A stretch of 63,909 bases of DNA, the filler included, from Reticulomyxa filosa (taxonomy: Eukaryota; Protista; Foraminifera), in the NCBI GenBank assembly GCA_000512085.1. It is 24 parts of 24 records of this genome, joined end to end, with 100 filler letters (N's around TTAATTAATTAA, not from the genome) between each part and the next. Parts side by side here need not be neighbours in the genome. Positions count along the whole stretch, not along the records: positions 1 to 1,319 come from ASPP01019497.1; positions 1,420 to 2,543 come from ASPP01001679.1; positions 2,644 to 4,055 come from ASPP01029162.1; positions 4,156 to 13,058 come from ASPP01005578.1; 20 more parts are not named here. The stretch is one strand, 5' to 3'. Below are positions 1 to 12,385 of this stretch, one piece after another. Every line of letters begins with the position of its first letter. Position 1 is the first letter of the stretch. The position numbers and the translations under genes are program-made. The notes under the pieces are model-generated. The model made no database searches, was not told the DNA's origin, and was given only the letters and a program-made list of their open reading frames with translations.

Positions 1-1319
1 AAATCAATACATTGTTTTTGTGGATTTATTCCAAAAGAATAATTCTACATTAAAAAAAAGTGTATGTGCATATGTCAAGCAAACTGTGAGATATAACAAT
101 TGATCTTATCCAAGTTAAGTTTGCTTACACGTTATTGGTTCATGTGCAATCGTCTGGTGAGTAGGCCCTTTATCATCTCCAATTTGATAACCATTGTGTG
201 CAGCGATATGGGCTCAACATTATCAATACATCGAATGTCCCGTCGATCAAAGTGAAGCCGATGGTGGCCGATGACAAACCAACTACTATCTTACAACCAC
301 TTTTTTCGATTGCTCCCATTGGCCAATAATTACAATCACCTGGACATCAGTGTATAATGGATATTGCATCACATTCACACATGCTTATTATAAGGCAGTC
401 GCTGTCATGATCTTGAAATTATCCAGGCCATAATTCTTGGCACTTGCCACAATACCAAAAGCGCCACCAATTCTATCTCTTGTTCTTATCTTGTATTGGC
501 CATTTGTATCGCCATTGTCTGTTGTATATTGCATATATATGTACATACATAAAATTAAAATATGTTATATCATTATCGAATTTTTTTGTTCATACTTCTA
601 TCAACCTTTTTCCTATTTATCTATTTTTTTAATAGAAAGAAATGTAAATCGAAATTAACTGAAATTCACACTACTCTTTATTTTTGCAAAGTCTGATGAT
701 TGATCACGAGTTTTGGAGTCCATATTTTTATTCGCGATTTGTGTAATTGTTAGTGTGATATTTGTCTTGGTCAGTGTGGTTGTCGATTTTGTAGTGGCTG
801 GTCTGGTTGTACCAGTTGAAAGTGGCCTTGTATTATTAATTGATATGGTAACGGCCAACTTTGAGATAAATGACATGAGCGTCATTTAGAATCAAGAATT
901 GAAATGGCGTGATCGTATATCCAACACCAGCACCAAAGAACTCCAACCTCGCCAAGAAGTGCAAATGTCTAAATCTTTCCTTTTTTCTCGAACAAGCAGT
1001 ATTCTTGTGTTGGTTCAAAGACTCCATATCCTTTCCAACATGTGAGAAGTTTTGTGTGACAAATGGGAACATGATGAAAGCAAGTATTCTCGCGAACGTA
1101 AACAAACTGAGTTGAATTGATTGTATTGTATCCACGTTGCAGCGATAAGTGAAAAGATGAACGTTTGTCATTAAGTTTATGTTTTTTGTTTAAATTAATC
1201 CAAGGTATTTGTAATTATATGAGCATTGTTAGTGATAAATTTATTTTGAACAAAATTGACAAATGAAAATACTTAAAAGCATTGATTTTTTTTAAAATTT
1301 TTTTTTTTTTTTTTTTTTT

Positions 1320-1419
1320 NNNNNNNNNNNNNNNNNNNNNNNNNNNNNNNNNNNNNNNNNNNNTTAATTAATTAANNNNNNNNNNNNNNNNNNNNNNNNN
1401 NNNNNNNNNNNNNNNNNNN
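1320..1419. other. Artificial contig-joining linker (first of 23): N44-TTAATTAATTAA-N44
   Basis: Identical 100-bp spacer with stops in all six frames. Starts at 1320, 2544, 4056, 13059, 14570, 16274, 20412, 22975, 28211, 30167, 31545, 33025, 34314, 36095, 38404, 40142, 42035, 43293, 47965, 57323, 58463, 60103 and 61670. Confidence 0.99.
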
Positions 1420-1499
1420 TACAACAAACTATAAGACAATATCAGGTATCATTATTTATTGATTATTTTAGCAAAAAAAAATCTATTCTCATTTCGAAA

Positions 1500-2543
1500 A
1501 AAATAAAAATTGGAGAAAATTAGGAAATTAAATTTGGAAAATGAAAACTTAAAGTTGATCTACAATTGAAAGAACAATGATGAAGAGATTGCACATTTGA
1601 AACAACAATTGGAGCAATATCAAAAAGACAATATACAATTCAACTCTGCTAAGGTTTATTATGTTTTCTTTTCACTTTCAATATTCAAATTATCAAAAGC
1701 GAGAAAATAATAATTAAACAGCAAACAACATTGGTTGAGATGGAAAAACTAAAAAAGATATCGAATCAAAAGATAGTAAAATTCAAAAAATAAAACAAGA
1801 AATACAAGCGAAAAAAGTTCTTTTAAATTACTTAAGATATTCACTGGACATACAAGCGCTGCGCGGAGTATTGATTATTCAACATTTAATGATTGTCAAT
1901 TAATTTGTTCTGGATCTGAGGATAAAACAGTTTGTGTATGGGATATTGATAACAACAAACAAATTCAATCATTCAATGGGCATTCAAGTCCTGTGCATTG
2001 TGTGAAATTTTCATCATATCATTATCATAATCATCGTCAAAATATAATTTGTCTTCATCATATGACAAAATAATTTGTTTTTGGGATTTCAAACATAATA
2101 AACAATTACAAATATTCAATGGACACACTGATGGTGTTTGCGGAATTGAATTTTCACCATTTAATAGTGGTAGATATTTGTGTTCTGGATCTGATGACAA
2201 TACAATTTGTTTATGGGATGTTGAAACATCAAAATCATTACATGTTTTCAATGGACATGAAGATACTGTTTGGTGTGTTGATATTTCACCATTACAAAAC
2301 AACAATAGAAATGATAATAATATTGGTGTGATTAGTGGAAATGGATATACTGTTTATTCTGGATCAGGTGATAATACTATTCGAATATGGGATATTGAAA
2401 CAACAAAACAATTAAATGTATTCAAAGGACATGAAAATTGGATTATGAGTGTAAAATATGGATCAAATGAATTATTAAATACAATATATTTGGATCATAT
2501 GATAACAGTTTCGTTTTGGGATATTCGATCTAGTCACAAATTC
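1500..2543 (+). pseudogene. WD40-repeat protein with upstream coiled coil; frameshifted and truncated by the contig end
   Basis: Repeated GH...W-D units (FTGHTSAARSIDYS..SGSEDKTVCVWD; FNGHTDGVCGIEFS..SGSDDNTICLWD; FNGHEDTVWCVDIS..SGSGDNTIRIWD). Frame breaks at about 2051 and 2490, plus stops/frameshifts in the coiled-coil part at 1500-1820. Confidence 0.85.
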
Positions 2544-2699
2544 NNNNNNNNNNNNNNNNNNNNNNNNNNNNNNNNNNNNNNNNNNNNTTAATTAATTAAN
2601 NNNNNNNNNNNNNNNNNNNNNNNNNNNNNNNNNNNNNNNNNNNAAAAAAAAAAAAAGATATTAATTTACCATCAACAAAAATAAAAAAAGAAAAATAAA

Positions 2700-3749
2700 G
2701 AGATTGGAATAATACTTAAGCATTGGATGAATTCGTCATTAGTTAATATGTTTGGATGGATTGAAGAATTTAACACAATTATTTTACGATATATATTGGT
2801 ATGAATTATATATTTTTATTTATTTTAAATGACGCTGCACCATCTATGCACTAACATATAGCCAAGATATTTCGGACCATCGACAGTATTTGAAGGACAT
2901 TCTTGTCAAGTGAATAGTGTAATGTTTTCACCAGATGGGACAAAAATTGTTTCATCTTCGGCTGATGAAACAATTCGAATATGGGATATCAATTTAAAAA
3001 AAGAAATAAAAATATTGAAAGGGCATTTAGGCTATGTTAATTATGCGGAATTTTCATCAAATGGCGATATGATTGTATCATGTTCTATCGATAAGACTAT
3101 ACGATTATGGGATGCACAAACAGGTAATGAAATAAAAATATTAGGAAGACATGAACATGAAGTAGTAACTGTAAAGTTTTCTCACAACGGAGAAAGTATT
3201 GTGTCCGGTTCACTCGACGGAGAAGTAGTAATCTGGGATGTAAAATCTGGACAACAGAAAAGAAGATTTAAACAGTGGCATGAAATACTTGATGTTGCAT
3301 TTTCATCAGACGGTGGAAGAATTGTGGTAGCAATAGGTGATAATAGTGTCCAAATTTGGGACGTTCATTTGTGGGACAAAATACAAGATTTATTTTATGA
3401 GGGAAGAAAAGTACACTTTTCCCCCAATGGCTCTTTTCTTTTATGCTGTTCAATATCCGGGATGTGTGAAATATATAATACAACTCTTTCAAATATTGCA
3501 ATTTTTACAAATCAATTAGGTAATAAGTGTCGAGATGTACTGAATGCAAAATATTTCCCAGATGAACATACTATAGTAACATGTCTAGAAGATCATACAA
3601 TTCGGTTATGGGATGCGAATTCAGGAGAGGAAATACAAAGATTAGAAGGACATTGTTTAGAACTGACAGGGCTGGACACCTCTCCAGATGGTTGTGCTAT
3701 TGTGTCGTCTTCAAGAGATAATACCATTCGATTGTGGAAACAATTGTGA
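2700..3749 (+). CDS. WD40-repeat beta-propeller protein (5'-partial, 2 exons visible)
   Basis: About 7 WD40 repeats (GHSCQVNSVMFSPDG..SSSADETIRIWD etc.). GT-AG intron 2799-2861 with CTAAC branch site joins ..IILRYIL to PRYFGPSTVFEGH in frame. Stop at 3749. Confidence 0.9.
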
Positions 3750-4155
3750 ACGAGAAGAAACTTTCACAATGAGAACAATTTTTTTAAAAAATATTTGTTT
3801 TTTTGACATGGACCAAAAAAGGGGAATCTATTTATCTCTTTTTTCCCCTTCAAATAAAAGGTAAAAAAAATATGGAACAACTTTTTAAAAGTTATGACAT
3901 TTTGACTTATGATAATTTTTGACAAATACTTTCTTCAAAATTATGGTTTACTGCCTTTCGCAGTTAACCTTTGTATTTTGTTTAAATAAGAAGAGGCATT
4001 TCCTTTCATTCTCTTTCTTTTTATTTTCAATTGTAAAAAATTGATATGTTATTCCNNNNNNNNNNNNNNNNNNNNNNNNNNNNNNNNNNNNNNNNNNNNT
4101 TAATTAATTAANNNNNNNNNNNNNNNNNNNNNNNNNNNNNNNNNNNNNNNNNNNN

Positions 4156-4214
<59 letters not shown>

Positions 4215-4222
4215 TGTATATA
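4156..4222. repeat. (AT)n microsatellite, intronic, at contig start
   Basis: Near-perfect AT dinucleotide run. Confidence 0.95.
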
Positions 4223-4235
4223 ATATCGATTTAAG

Positions 4236-5029
4236 CTACTACAAGAAACAACCGTGACCGAAACGAAGGATTTAGACACTTGCATTGTGACAGGCGATGG
4301 TGCGACGGTCCCAGCGGTAATGGATTGCATTGAAACCTACTTTGAGGTGAACGATCTTTTGAAGAATAGACAGGTTGTTTCTCGAGGGTGTGCACTCATT
4401 TGCGCCGAGGATCAAGGTATGCTTGCTTCAATCCTTTTCATACACAAAACAAACATACACACACACACACACACACATACAAAGTGGTGACACTTCTGTC
4501 GTTTGTATGTTTGACGTGACATGCACGGTGGTACATATAAACACGTGCGCAAGCAGTCGAGTCGCTCCCACTCAGTTTTGAAAAGTTGCCAATGACTATC
4601 AAACTATTGGATCCTGTGGGCAAACACAAATTGCTGACTGTGTTGTCAAAGCAGTCTTTGTGTCCTTGCAAGACCATACAGATGATGACCACATGGATTG
4701 ATGATCAAACGGGTATGTAGGACTCTATTATTTTTTTTTTTTGGAAAAAAAAGAGGTGAAAGTTGCTTTTCTTTTTTTTTTTAATGCATTTTTGTTTGTT
4801 GTGTCTCATAGAGATTCGATTGAAGTTGTATGAAGGAGAGGGCTTGTCGCCACGTCAATGCGATTGCATTGGACTTTATGCGGTTCGTGGTATTTCTCCA
4901 CGAAAAGCAGGAGTGTCTCGAATCGCTTTGATACTCAATCTGGATAGAAATTGTCTACTTGTTATAAGCGCGGAAGATATCACTGACCCAACAGCATCAT
5001 TGCCACTTACTGTAGTTAGAGGCGTGTAA
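4236..5029 (+). CDS. Divergent Hsp70-family protein, C-terminal part (end of NBD plus SBD-beta, no lid); 5'-partial
   Basis: Exons 4236-4416, about 4557-4712 and 4812-5029 splice in frame. Product ..LDTCIVTGDGATVPAV..VVSRGCAL..VLSKQSLCPCKTIQMMTTWIDDQTEIRLKLYEGE..IGLYAVRGISPRKAGVSRIALILNLDRNCLLVISAED follows the Hsp70 pattern VGGSTRIP/AVAYGAA/TTxxDNQ..VYEGE..[37 protein letters not shown]. Confidence 0.8.
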
Positions 5030-5483
5030 GTGTAATTCAATCAAAATCCTCTTTGTTTTTGTTTATGTTTTTTGTTTTCAGTCAAAGAAAAAAATTTTTA
5101 TGGCTATTGTTTTTTTCTGCTTTTCTGGAGTTCATGCTTGGAAGTTTTTTGTTTTTCTTTTTTTTTACACCAGTTTTCGAAATTTGTTTTCTTCATGCTC
5201 GACTTTTGCGTTTACATTTTGTATTAGATTCTTTTGCTTGCTTGTAAACATAAATCCCTATTTCAATTGCTTGTAATGATTATCAATCAGAACAGTGTCA
5301 CGTGCACGTTTGCATTTTCACTTCTTTTTGTTTCATGTGGCGCTTTGTCAAAGCCTTGAACGATCTTTATTGAAAAAATACATGCTCCAAATTTGTCAAC
5401 GGTTTTTGAAAAGCGTCTCAGAAAAACTTCCTCCTCAAAAAATAAGGGAACTTGTAGATAAATTCAATTTCGAAATAAAAAGC

Positions 5484-5810
5484 ATGGCAGCGCAACAAAC
5501 CTATGAAGCTCCTAAGCTGGAACAAACTCAGAATACGGACATAGAAGAGCGACAGAGTCATGACAGAGAGCATTTGGTCGACGTTGGAAACCCGGCCGAA
5601 TTTAATGACTACTTGTGCCCAAGTATTTGGAGTATCGCCTGTTGTTTCTTGTGTGGAATTCCCGCATTTTTAAATGTCCAAGCGGCAACTGAAGCTTATT
5701 GGATTGGTGACTATAACTTGGCCAAAATGTATAGTACAAGAGCAAGAAACTTGATAATCGGGGCATTAATTTTTGGATTAATCTTTGCTTTCATTTATTT
5801 TATTCAATAA
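5484..5810 (+). CDS. CD225/dispanin (IFITM-like) small membrane protein, 108 aa, intronless
   Basis: DYLCPSIWSIACCFLCGIPAF..A..A...GDYNLAKMYSTRARNLIIGALIFG matches the CD225 pattern (paired Cys, GD, two hydrophobic segments). ATG at 5484. Confidence 0.88.
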   Translation: MAAQQTYEAPKLEQTQNTDIEERQSHDREHLVDVGNPAEFNDYLCPSIWSIACCFLCGIPAFLNVQAATEAYWIGDYNLAKMYSTRARNLIIGALIFGLIFAFIYFIQ

Positions 5811-6676
5811 TAAACAATTAAGATGCGAAGGAGACTTTTTGTATTCCTTTTTGTTGTTTGGTTGTTTTTTTTTAATCGTTGAAACACAAATTGTCCGAAC
5901 GCATTTATGCTTTTTTAAGACGTAAAGCAACTTTACGTCCTAAATGTTCAAGTTTTGTTTCTGCTGACTTTTCTTTCACAAACTCCCCCAAGGATATCTA
6001 ACTTTATTTTTTTTATTCCTTTTGTTTTTTTTTGCAAAATGGCTTTGTTTTGAGTTATTACAAGGCTAAGCATTTACTGGTTCTTTTTTAATAATGCTTG
6101 TTATAAGTTATCAATGGCCGTGCTTATTCTACAAAAATTATGAGTTGAAAGTCAACTTTTGAATAAAAGCAAAGAAATTTTTGTTTTGTGACACAATTCA
6201 AACCTGACTTTTAAGAAAGTTCGTGAATACAGCAAGTATTTGATTACATTGTGTAAATTTATTTCCTTTTTTTCTCGAACTCGAAAATTGTGATTGTCCT
6301 TGTGACCAACCGGACTATGATTCGTCAGCACTTAAAAAGTTTCATTTACCACTCTATAATGCCCTTAATTTAGAAAACAATGTTTCTTTGTAAGTATCAG
6401 CCAATTTTTTAAAATACAAATTTAGAAAAATGTTACTGAATTGTGTCAACAAAAATAAATTATAACCAACTTTTAAACTACATAAATTGCCATTTTTTTC
6501 TCAAACTGGCAACCGTTATTCATTCAAAAAGTTGAAAGTAAAGGATAGGATTGACTTAATGTTAGTTTAAAACAAGGTGTGGTTTTGTTGTGTTCAATTG
6601 AAACTACCTTGTCAAACCCTCAGTTTTCTTTGTTTGTGAAAGATCATTGACTAACTTTACATTGAAGAAAAAAAAA

Positions 6677-8291
6677 ATGGTCTCCATCAGTAATTCATTA
6701 GTTTTATTGTTATTTGGTATTTTTGGCAAGACATTGGGAAGCACCAACCGGTTTGTCTCGTATATTGACCGATTGAACGGATGGTGGGACACAGCAGTGT
6801 TAGAGGCTTGGGGTGTGCCGGGATATGTGAGTGAGCCCTACGCTTATAATGTCCTTATTTTGTCTTTTTATTTGTCGAGTGGGAGTGCGGTGGATGCTTT
6901 GGATCCCTGGGTGGATCCAACGTATGTTATATGTACGTTTGTGTATTATTTTAAAAGTGTATACTAGTGACATATTTTAATTTAAAATGGAAAATGATTA
7001 AGCCTCGACAACAACAATAACACAAAAATAAAAAAAGGGGATACTTTAGTACCCAAACGATGCAAACAATTTGCAATTGCACCAACCCGACAGACGACTC
7101 ATTTCGACAAGGTTTAATGAACATTTACCATGCGCACGGGATCAAATTGATAATGAGCTGTTTTGGGAGCACCGACTATCCAACGCAAAGCACCAATCCA
7201 AACACTCTGGGAATGAACATTGCTAATTTTGTCAAGCAATACCAATTAGATGGAGTCGATCTTGATTGGGAAGATACTAATGCATTCAGCTCAGGTGCTT
7301 TTACTTTGTGTGTGTGTGTGTGTATGCGTATTTCTTTTTTTTTCTTTCTTCTCATAATGTAAATATTCTAATTGACTACGTACATACACATTCACACTAT
7401 TACATACATACGTATACGTATGTATGCACGTATGTGAACAAAGGCACTGGTTTGGGTGAAACGTGGTTGAGCAATTTGACTTCGACCATTCGATCGCAAT
7501 TGCCAAGCAGCCAAGGATATATTATCACTCATGCTCCACAGGTTTGTGTAGCTAAACAAACAAAAAAAAAAACAATCACTTGTTTATTTGTTGCAATAGC
7601 CATGACATGTAAAAAAAAAAACATGAGGAAAAAAAAAAAAAAAACAATGACATAATTATAAGAAAATACAAATATATATATGTATATAAATAAATATATA
7701 ACAAATGTCCAAAATGGAGGCACCCTACTTTGGTGGCAAAAGCTTGTATTCACAAGGAGGTTATTTGACGGTGCAACAAAACGTCGGAAAAGATATTGAT
7801 TGGTACAATGTCCAATTTTACAATCAAGGATCATCCGATTATTCCACTTTTGCCACGTTATTCCAAAGTGCAAATGGATGGGCTGCAAACACTGCTGTCT
7901 ATCAAATGATTAATGGCAACAACGACATGAAGTTTTGGAGTTGGTCTTTTGTTCCTATTTTTTATTTTGTTCTGCCTTTTTCCTTCAAGCCCCTTTCTTG
8001 CTAGCTTTTTTTTTATTTTTTGACAATAACGCGTTTGGGTGTATACGTGGTTATAAACTCATAAAACAAAGTGTAAAAATTCCAGCGGAAATGATTGTTG
8101 TTGGAAAGCCATGCACCACTGGTGATGTTGATAACACAGGCTATGTTGCGCCTTCAACAATGGAAAGCATTTTCGCACAGGCTGTTTCCAATCAAAATGT
8201 AATTTGGAATACTGGGTTCATGACTTGGCAATTTGCCAGTGATTTGGACCAAAACTTTCAATTTGCAAATACTGTCGCTCAAGCTTTCTAA
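6677..8291 (+). CDS. Secreted glycoside hydrolase family 18 (chitinase), 5 exons
   Basis: Signal peptide MVSISNSLVLLLFGIFG; SCFGS and catalytic LDGVDLDWE (DxDxE); THAPQAPYF; DWYNVQFYNQG; terminal GFMTWQF. Introns 6922-7037, 7295-7443, 7542-7719 and 7932-8071 all restore the frame. Confidence 0.93.
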
Positions 8292-10547
8292 GACTTACAA
8301 TTCAACTCGTTGTTTTTACTCGTTCTTATTTGTTGTTTTGTTTGAGATTACATGTGGTTTACTACTTTCTTTGTATCGGTTTTGTAAAAAAAACTATGTT
8401 CAGCAACTACAACTGCAATTTTATTAATGAAAAAACGTGACTTTGCATTGAAATCGCAAATGTTTATAGGAGTTCTCATGTTATAATGACTTTTTTTGCG
8501 CTGAGTGTAACAAAAAAAACAAACACCAACAATTTATATCTATTGTTGGATATTCCATTAAAATAAAGGCACAGTTGCAGCGACTAAATATCAAAATCTT
8601 TTGTTTTCCATACAATTACTTTAAATAAGTTATGCAAATTTTTGTAAAATTGTTTTGACATTTTTTAATAGAATTCTTATGACACAAGTAATCAAAACTA
8701 AAAAACTTCAAAATATTTTGTTGTTTACTACAAAATTCTCAAAATAAGCAAATGCTTTAGTTCGTTATCACTTTTCGTTTTTTTCTTTAAAACATGCTGT
8801 TTACTCAAGTAGCCTCAATGTTCACTTTTGTTTATTTGATGTTAGTTATTTATTAATGATATTTGTTTGTAGTTTAACTTTCAAAATTAAAAAAAGATAT
8901 CTGTTAAAAACAAAATAAAGGACAAAAATATTCAAGTTGATGTAACAAAATTCCTGTTACACACTTAATGAATAATGATATCAACAAATTAAGATTAATA
9001 TACAATTCCTGCTTATTCACTGAGTCTTTCTTGCAAGTTTGTTGCTAGTTCAATATAAGTAACTTTATTTTTTTGGATATTGTGACATAATTATAATTAT
9101 AAATTTAACTATATATATGGCCTTTCTAATTTTTTACAAACAAACAAATCTAAGGACATCCATACGAAGTGCTGAATAAATAGTATATATTTTTGTAACA
9201 TACAATGGTGTGTGGCATCTTGTGTTGCACACAACAGCTATATGTTATTTAATGTCAACATTAAATTTATATTAGTAGATATTATTGTGTAAAAACACAA
9301 AACAAAAAATTATATTAAATTTATGTTTGTTTTTTTTTCTTTAGTGCGTGCTTAAATAATTTTTATAAGCAGTGTATATCATTGTTTTAAATATGCACTT
9401 TTGGTATAAGAGTTTGCAAGATGATCGTGTTATTAATTTAATTTTCATGTCGATATACAGTAGAATGTAAAAAAAGAAATCTAAACAGTGTATTATGTAA
9501 CTATTGATTTTTAATGAAGAAGCAACATTTAGATCTATTTTTAAAAATATCTACGAATCGTGTATTTTTTAAATATAGTTTTGATTTTTTATTGCATCTT
9601 TGCCAATTGTTTCAAAATTAAATCCTTTTTGCGACAAAATTTTTGTTTTTTAACAGAACTATTTAATTTTAAGTTTTTGAGTTTTTTTATTTTGTTGTTA
9701 TCAAACAAACAAATGCTTTAAAAAAACACAAAAAATGCTAGTGATTCATTAGATCCTTTACCATAGCCTCCACGAGGAAAAGGGGCAGGTTTCTCAAATG
9801 CACTATTTCTATTCTCGACGGCTTTCATATTAAGATTATCTTCCTTCAACGAAAAGTTATAATCAACGGAACCGACCAATTAAGTTCGTAGTTAAAATGT
9901 CAATTGTAACCACACAAAAAAACTCCTACAAGTTAAAAAAGAAGTTTCGTTACTGAAAAGGTTTTCTCAATGCAATAAATAAAAGCTTTCTCTGTTTTAA
10001 TGTTTACATGAAAAACTGCAATTTCGGAAAGAATTTTTTGTTGAACGTTTTAGTCAGTTGTGTAATCAATTTTTTTCTCTAGTCTTAAGGGAAATGAGTT
10101 TCTTTGTGATTGATAGTACTTTACTAACTCTTTTTTATCGTTATATACAGGTTTATGTGCATACGATTGGGCATTGATAGATAACATGAATGACAATCAA
10201 GACAAAAAGAATAAGAAGATATTTTAAAAAAATGTAAAAGTGTAACTACAATAAGATATAAACATAATTTGCGATATTTCTTAAAATTATTTTTTTTATT
10301 TATGTATAAATAATTTTAGAAGTGGAAAAGTATCTTCATCACTTTTGTGGTCAATTTATATTGTATTTCTCAACAATACATATTTATTAAAATTTTATGC
10401 AATTTGCAACAAATAATTTTCAACTGTCAAACTGAGACAGCAATTTTAATTTTTTACTGTGCCATCTTCAATTTCTCTTGTACAGTGTAATTTGATTACT
10501 GTCAGTCTTCCCTCTTATAAACCACCAAGATTTTTTGGTGATTCATA

Positions 10548-12385
10548 ATGTTTCATCTTCATGCTAATAAATTTTCAAATCTCGACCAATCCTCTCTTTT
10601 TATTGGATATCTCCGGGAAGATTATTTTTATCGCAAGAGCGAAGCCAATCCGGTCGTGATAAACCGCCCCTACCAGAGAAACCTGAGTTAAAACAAACGG
10701 TCCCGCAATATCGTTTGTTTCCTCACCAAGTCCCACAACATTTTTCAGAATGGAATAATGAACCAAAGACTGCAGAAGAAGAAAACTTTTTTAAAACGCG
10801 ACGAGAGAGACTCTCTAATTTTTGGAATCAATTACGATGGCCTCACGTACTTTTATTAGGCATAATTGGTGTATCACTAATATTTGGAGATTGGTTGGAT
10901 CAGAATTTTCTGGAAAAAGCAGGTTTTGTTGTTGGTTTTTTTTTTTTAAAAAAAAAATCTTATTTTGACAAAGGTGGTCTATTTAAAAAACGACAAAAAC
11001 AACAATACAAAAAAAGTGGTCCACTCACTGATTGATGGAGTACAGATGGATCGAAGCAGTATGAATTTGTTCCCGGGAGCAGTGAGGAATTGATATGCGA
11101 ACAAGTGCAAACAGGAGACATAATAATGTTTTCACGTCCATTGCTGAGTTGTAATCCACTGAATACAATCCGAGTACTTTTACGCCAATTCGTAAGCGAT
11201 GGGAATTTGGAGCATTGTGGAATCATTGTTCGAAATCCACATGATGGAAACGTTCCTTATGTATTGGAAGTAAATATGAATACTCCCTCTTTTTACAGCA
11301 GCAAACTATGGTTTTGGAAAAGTAAAAAAGACAGATGTTTGAAAGTCACACGACTGGAGGAAAGAGTGTTGACTGGTATTGAAACAACTGTATGCGTACG
11401 TTGTGTAGATCGTAGATGGAACTCTCCTAAAAACAAACATAAAACCAATGATCAAGCTATAACAGAAAATTACTATAGTGAAGAAGAGAGCCATGCCCGT
11501 TGGTTTGAAGAATGGCTTGAATATACATTGCATCGAAAACAATACGACAATTTTTTTGCAAGATCATCAACAGCGACAAACAGTCAAGACAGAGAACAAC
11601 AAGATTTAGCACCAATCAATCGAGAACACGTAGGTTAAACTTATTTTGCTCTCTTTCTTTTTTCAGCGTTTTTTTTTTTTTTTTTGTTCTCTTGCACACT
11701 TTTTACATTTCATTGCGATGAAATATAACCGACATTTGATTTTTGCATTGTGGCATGTCCAAAGAAAAAATCGATAAGTATTTGGAGTCAATTCCATTGA
11801 AACGTGACAGTATCTCGCGTCTATTGCTGACGCTTATGTCTCCAGGAGACAATACTGTAATACTGCGATGCCATATTCGCGAATTAGTGCATAGTCTGCG
11901 TGCCTTGGAGTACAAAATTGCCACACAAGCAGGACAGAGTATTCCCAATCCGGAAGGAGCCTATTGGAGGGAGGTAGGTGAAGATGCTGGGTCAATCAAG
12001 TCGACAGCTCAATTGGAATTAGATCAAAGGTCGAAACTTGTTGAATTATGCTTGAAGAATCAAACACTCAAGCAAAGATCGAAACACATTAAAACATCAC
12101 GGAAAATTGCCTCAACCGGTTTCTTTTATTTTTATTTTTTATCTTTTATTTCTATTTATTTTTGGGGTTGTTGAATGAATCATAGAATTTGTTGGAAATG
12201 TTTGGCGTGAAATGGGCATATTGGAGCAGACTGGTGCACGTCCGCAAGAAATTAGACCTGGCCATTTTTGGGATCAAACATTGACAATACCACTGACAGA
12301 ACCATTGGTCCTGGGAGGAGTCCAATTTTTGAAAACAATTGCCACATCCAAAAAACTACTCAATAATGCAGATCGAATACAATAG
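10548..12385 (+). CDS. Membrane-anchored permuted papain-like (NlpC/P60, YiiX/YebB-like) protein; catalytic Cys apparently absent
   Basis: TM segment (HVLLLGIIGVSLIFG); QTGDIIMFSR...EHCGIIV...PYVLE; distal IASTEFVGNVWREMGIL...IRPGHF parallels FCSELVA.AY..LGLL...PxDF. Introns about 10923-11045, 11630-11778 and 12119-12185. The start at 10548 needs one indel near 10570. Confidence 0.6.

Noticed and set aside
1-1319. Possible minus-strand gene (membrane-protein-like fragments)
   Set aside because: No consistent frame or recognisable motif; cannot support a call.
9745-9900. GC-richer island in a long intergenic region, considered as an ncRNA or small exon
   Set aside because: No tRNA, snRNA or rRNA signature recognised and only a short unanchored frame.
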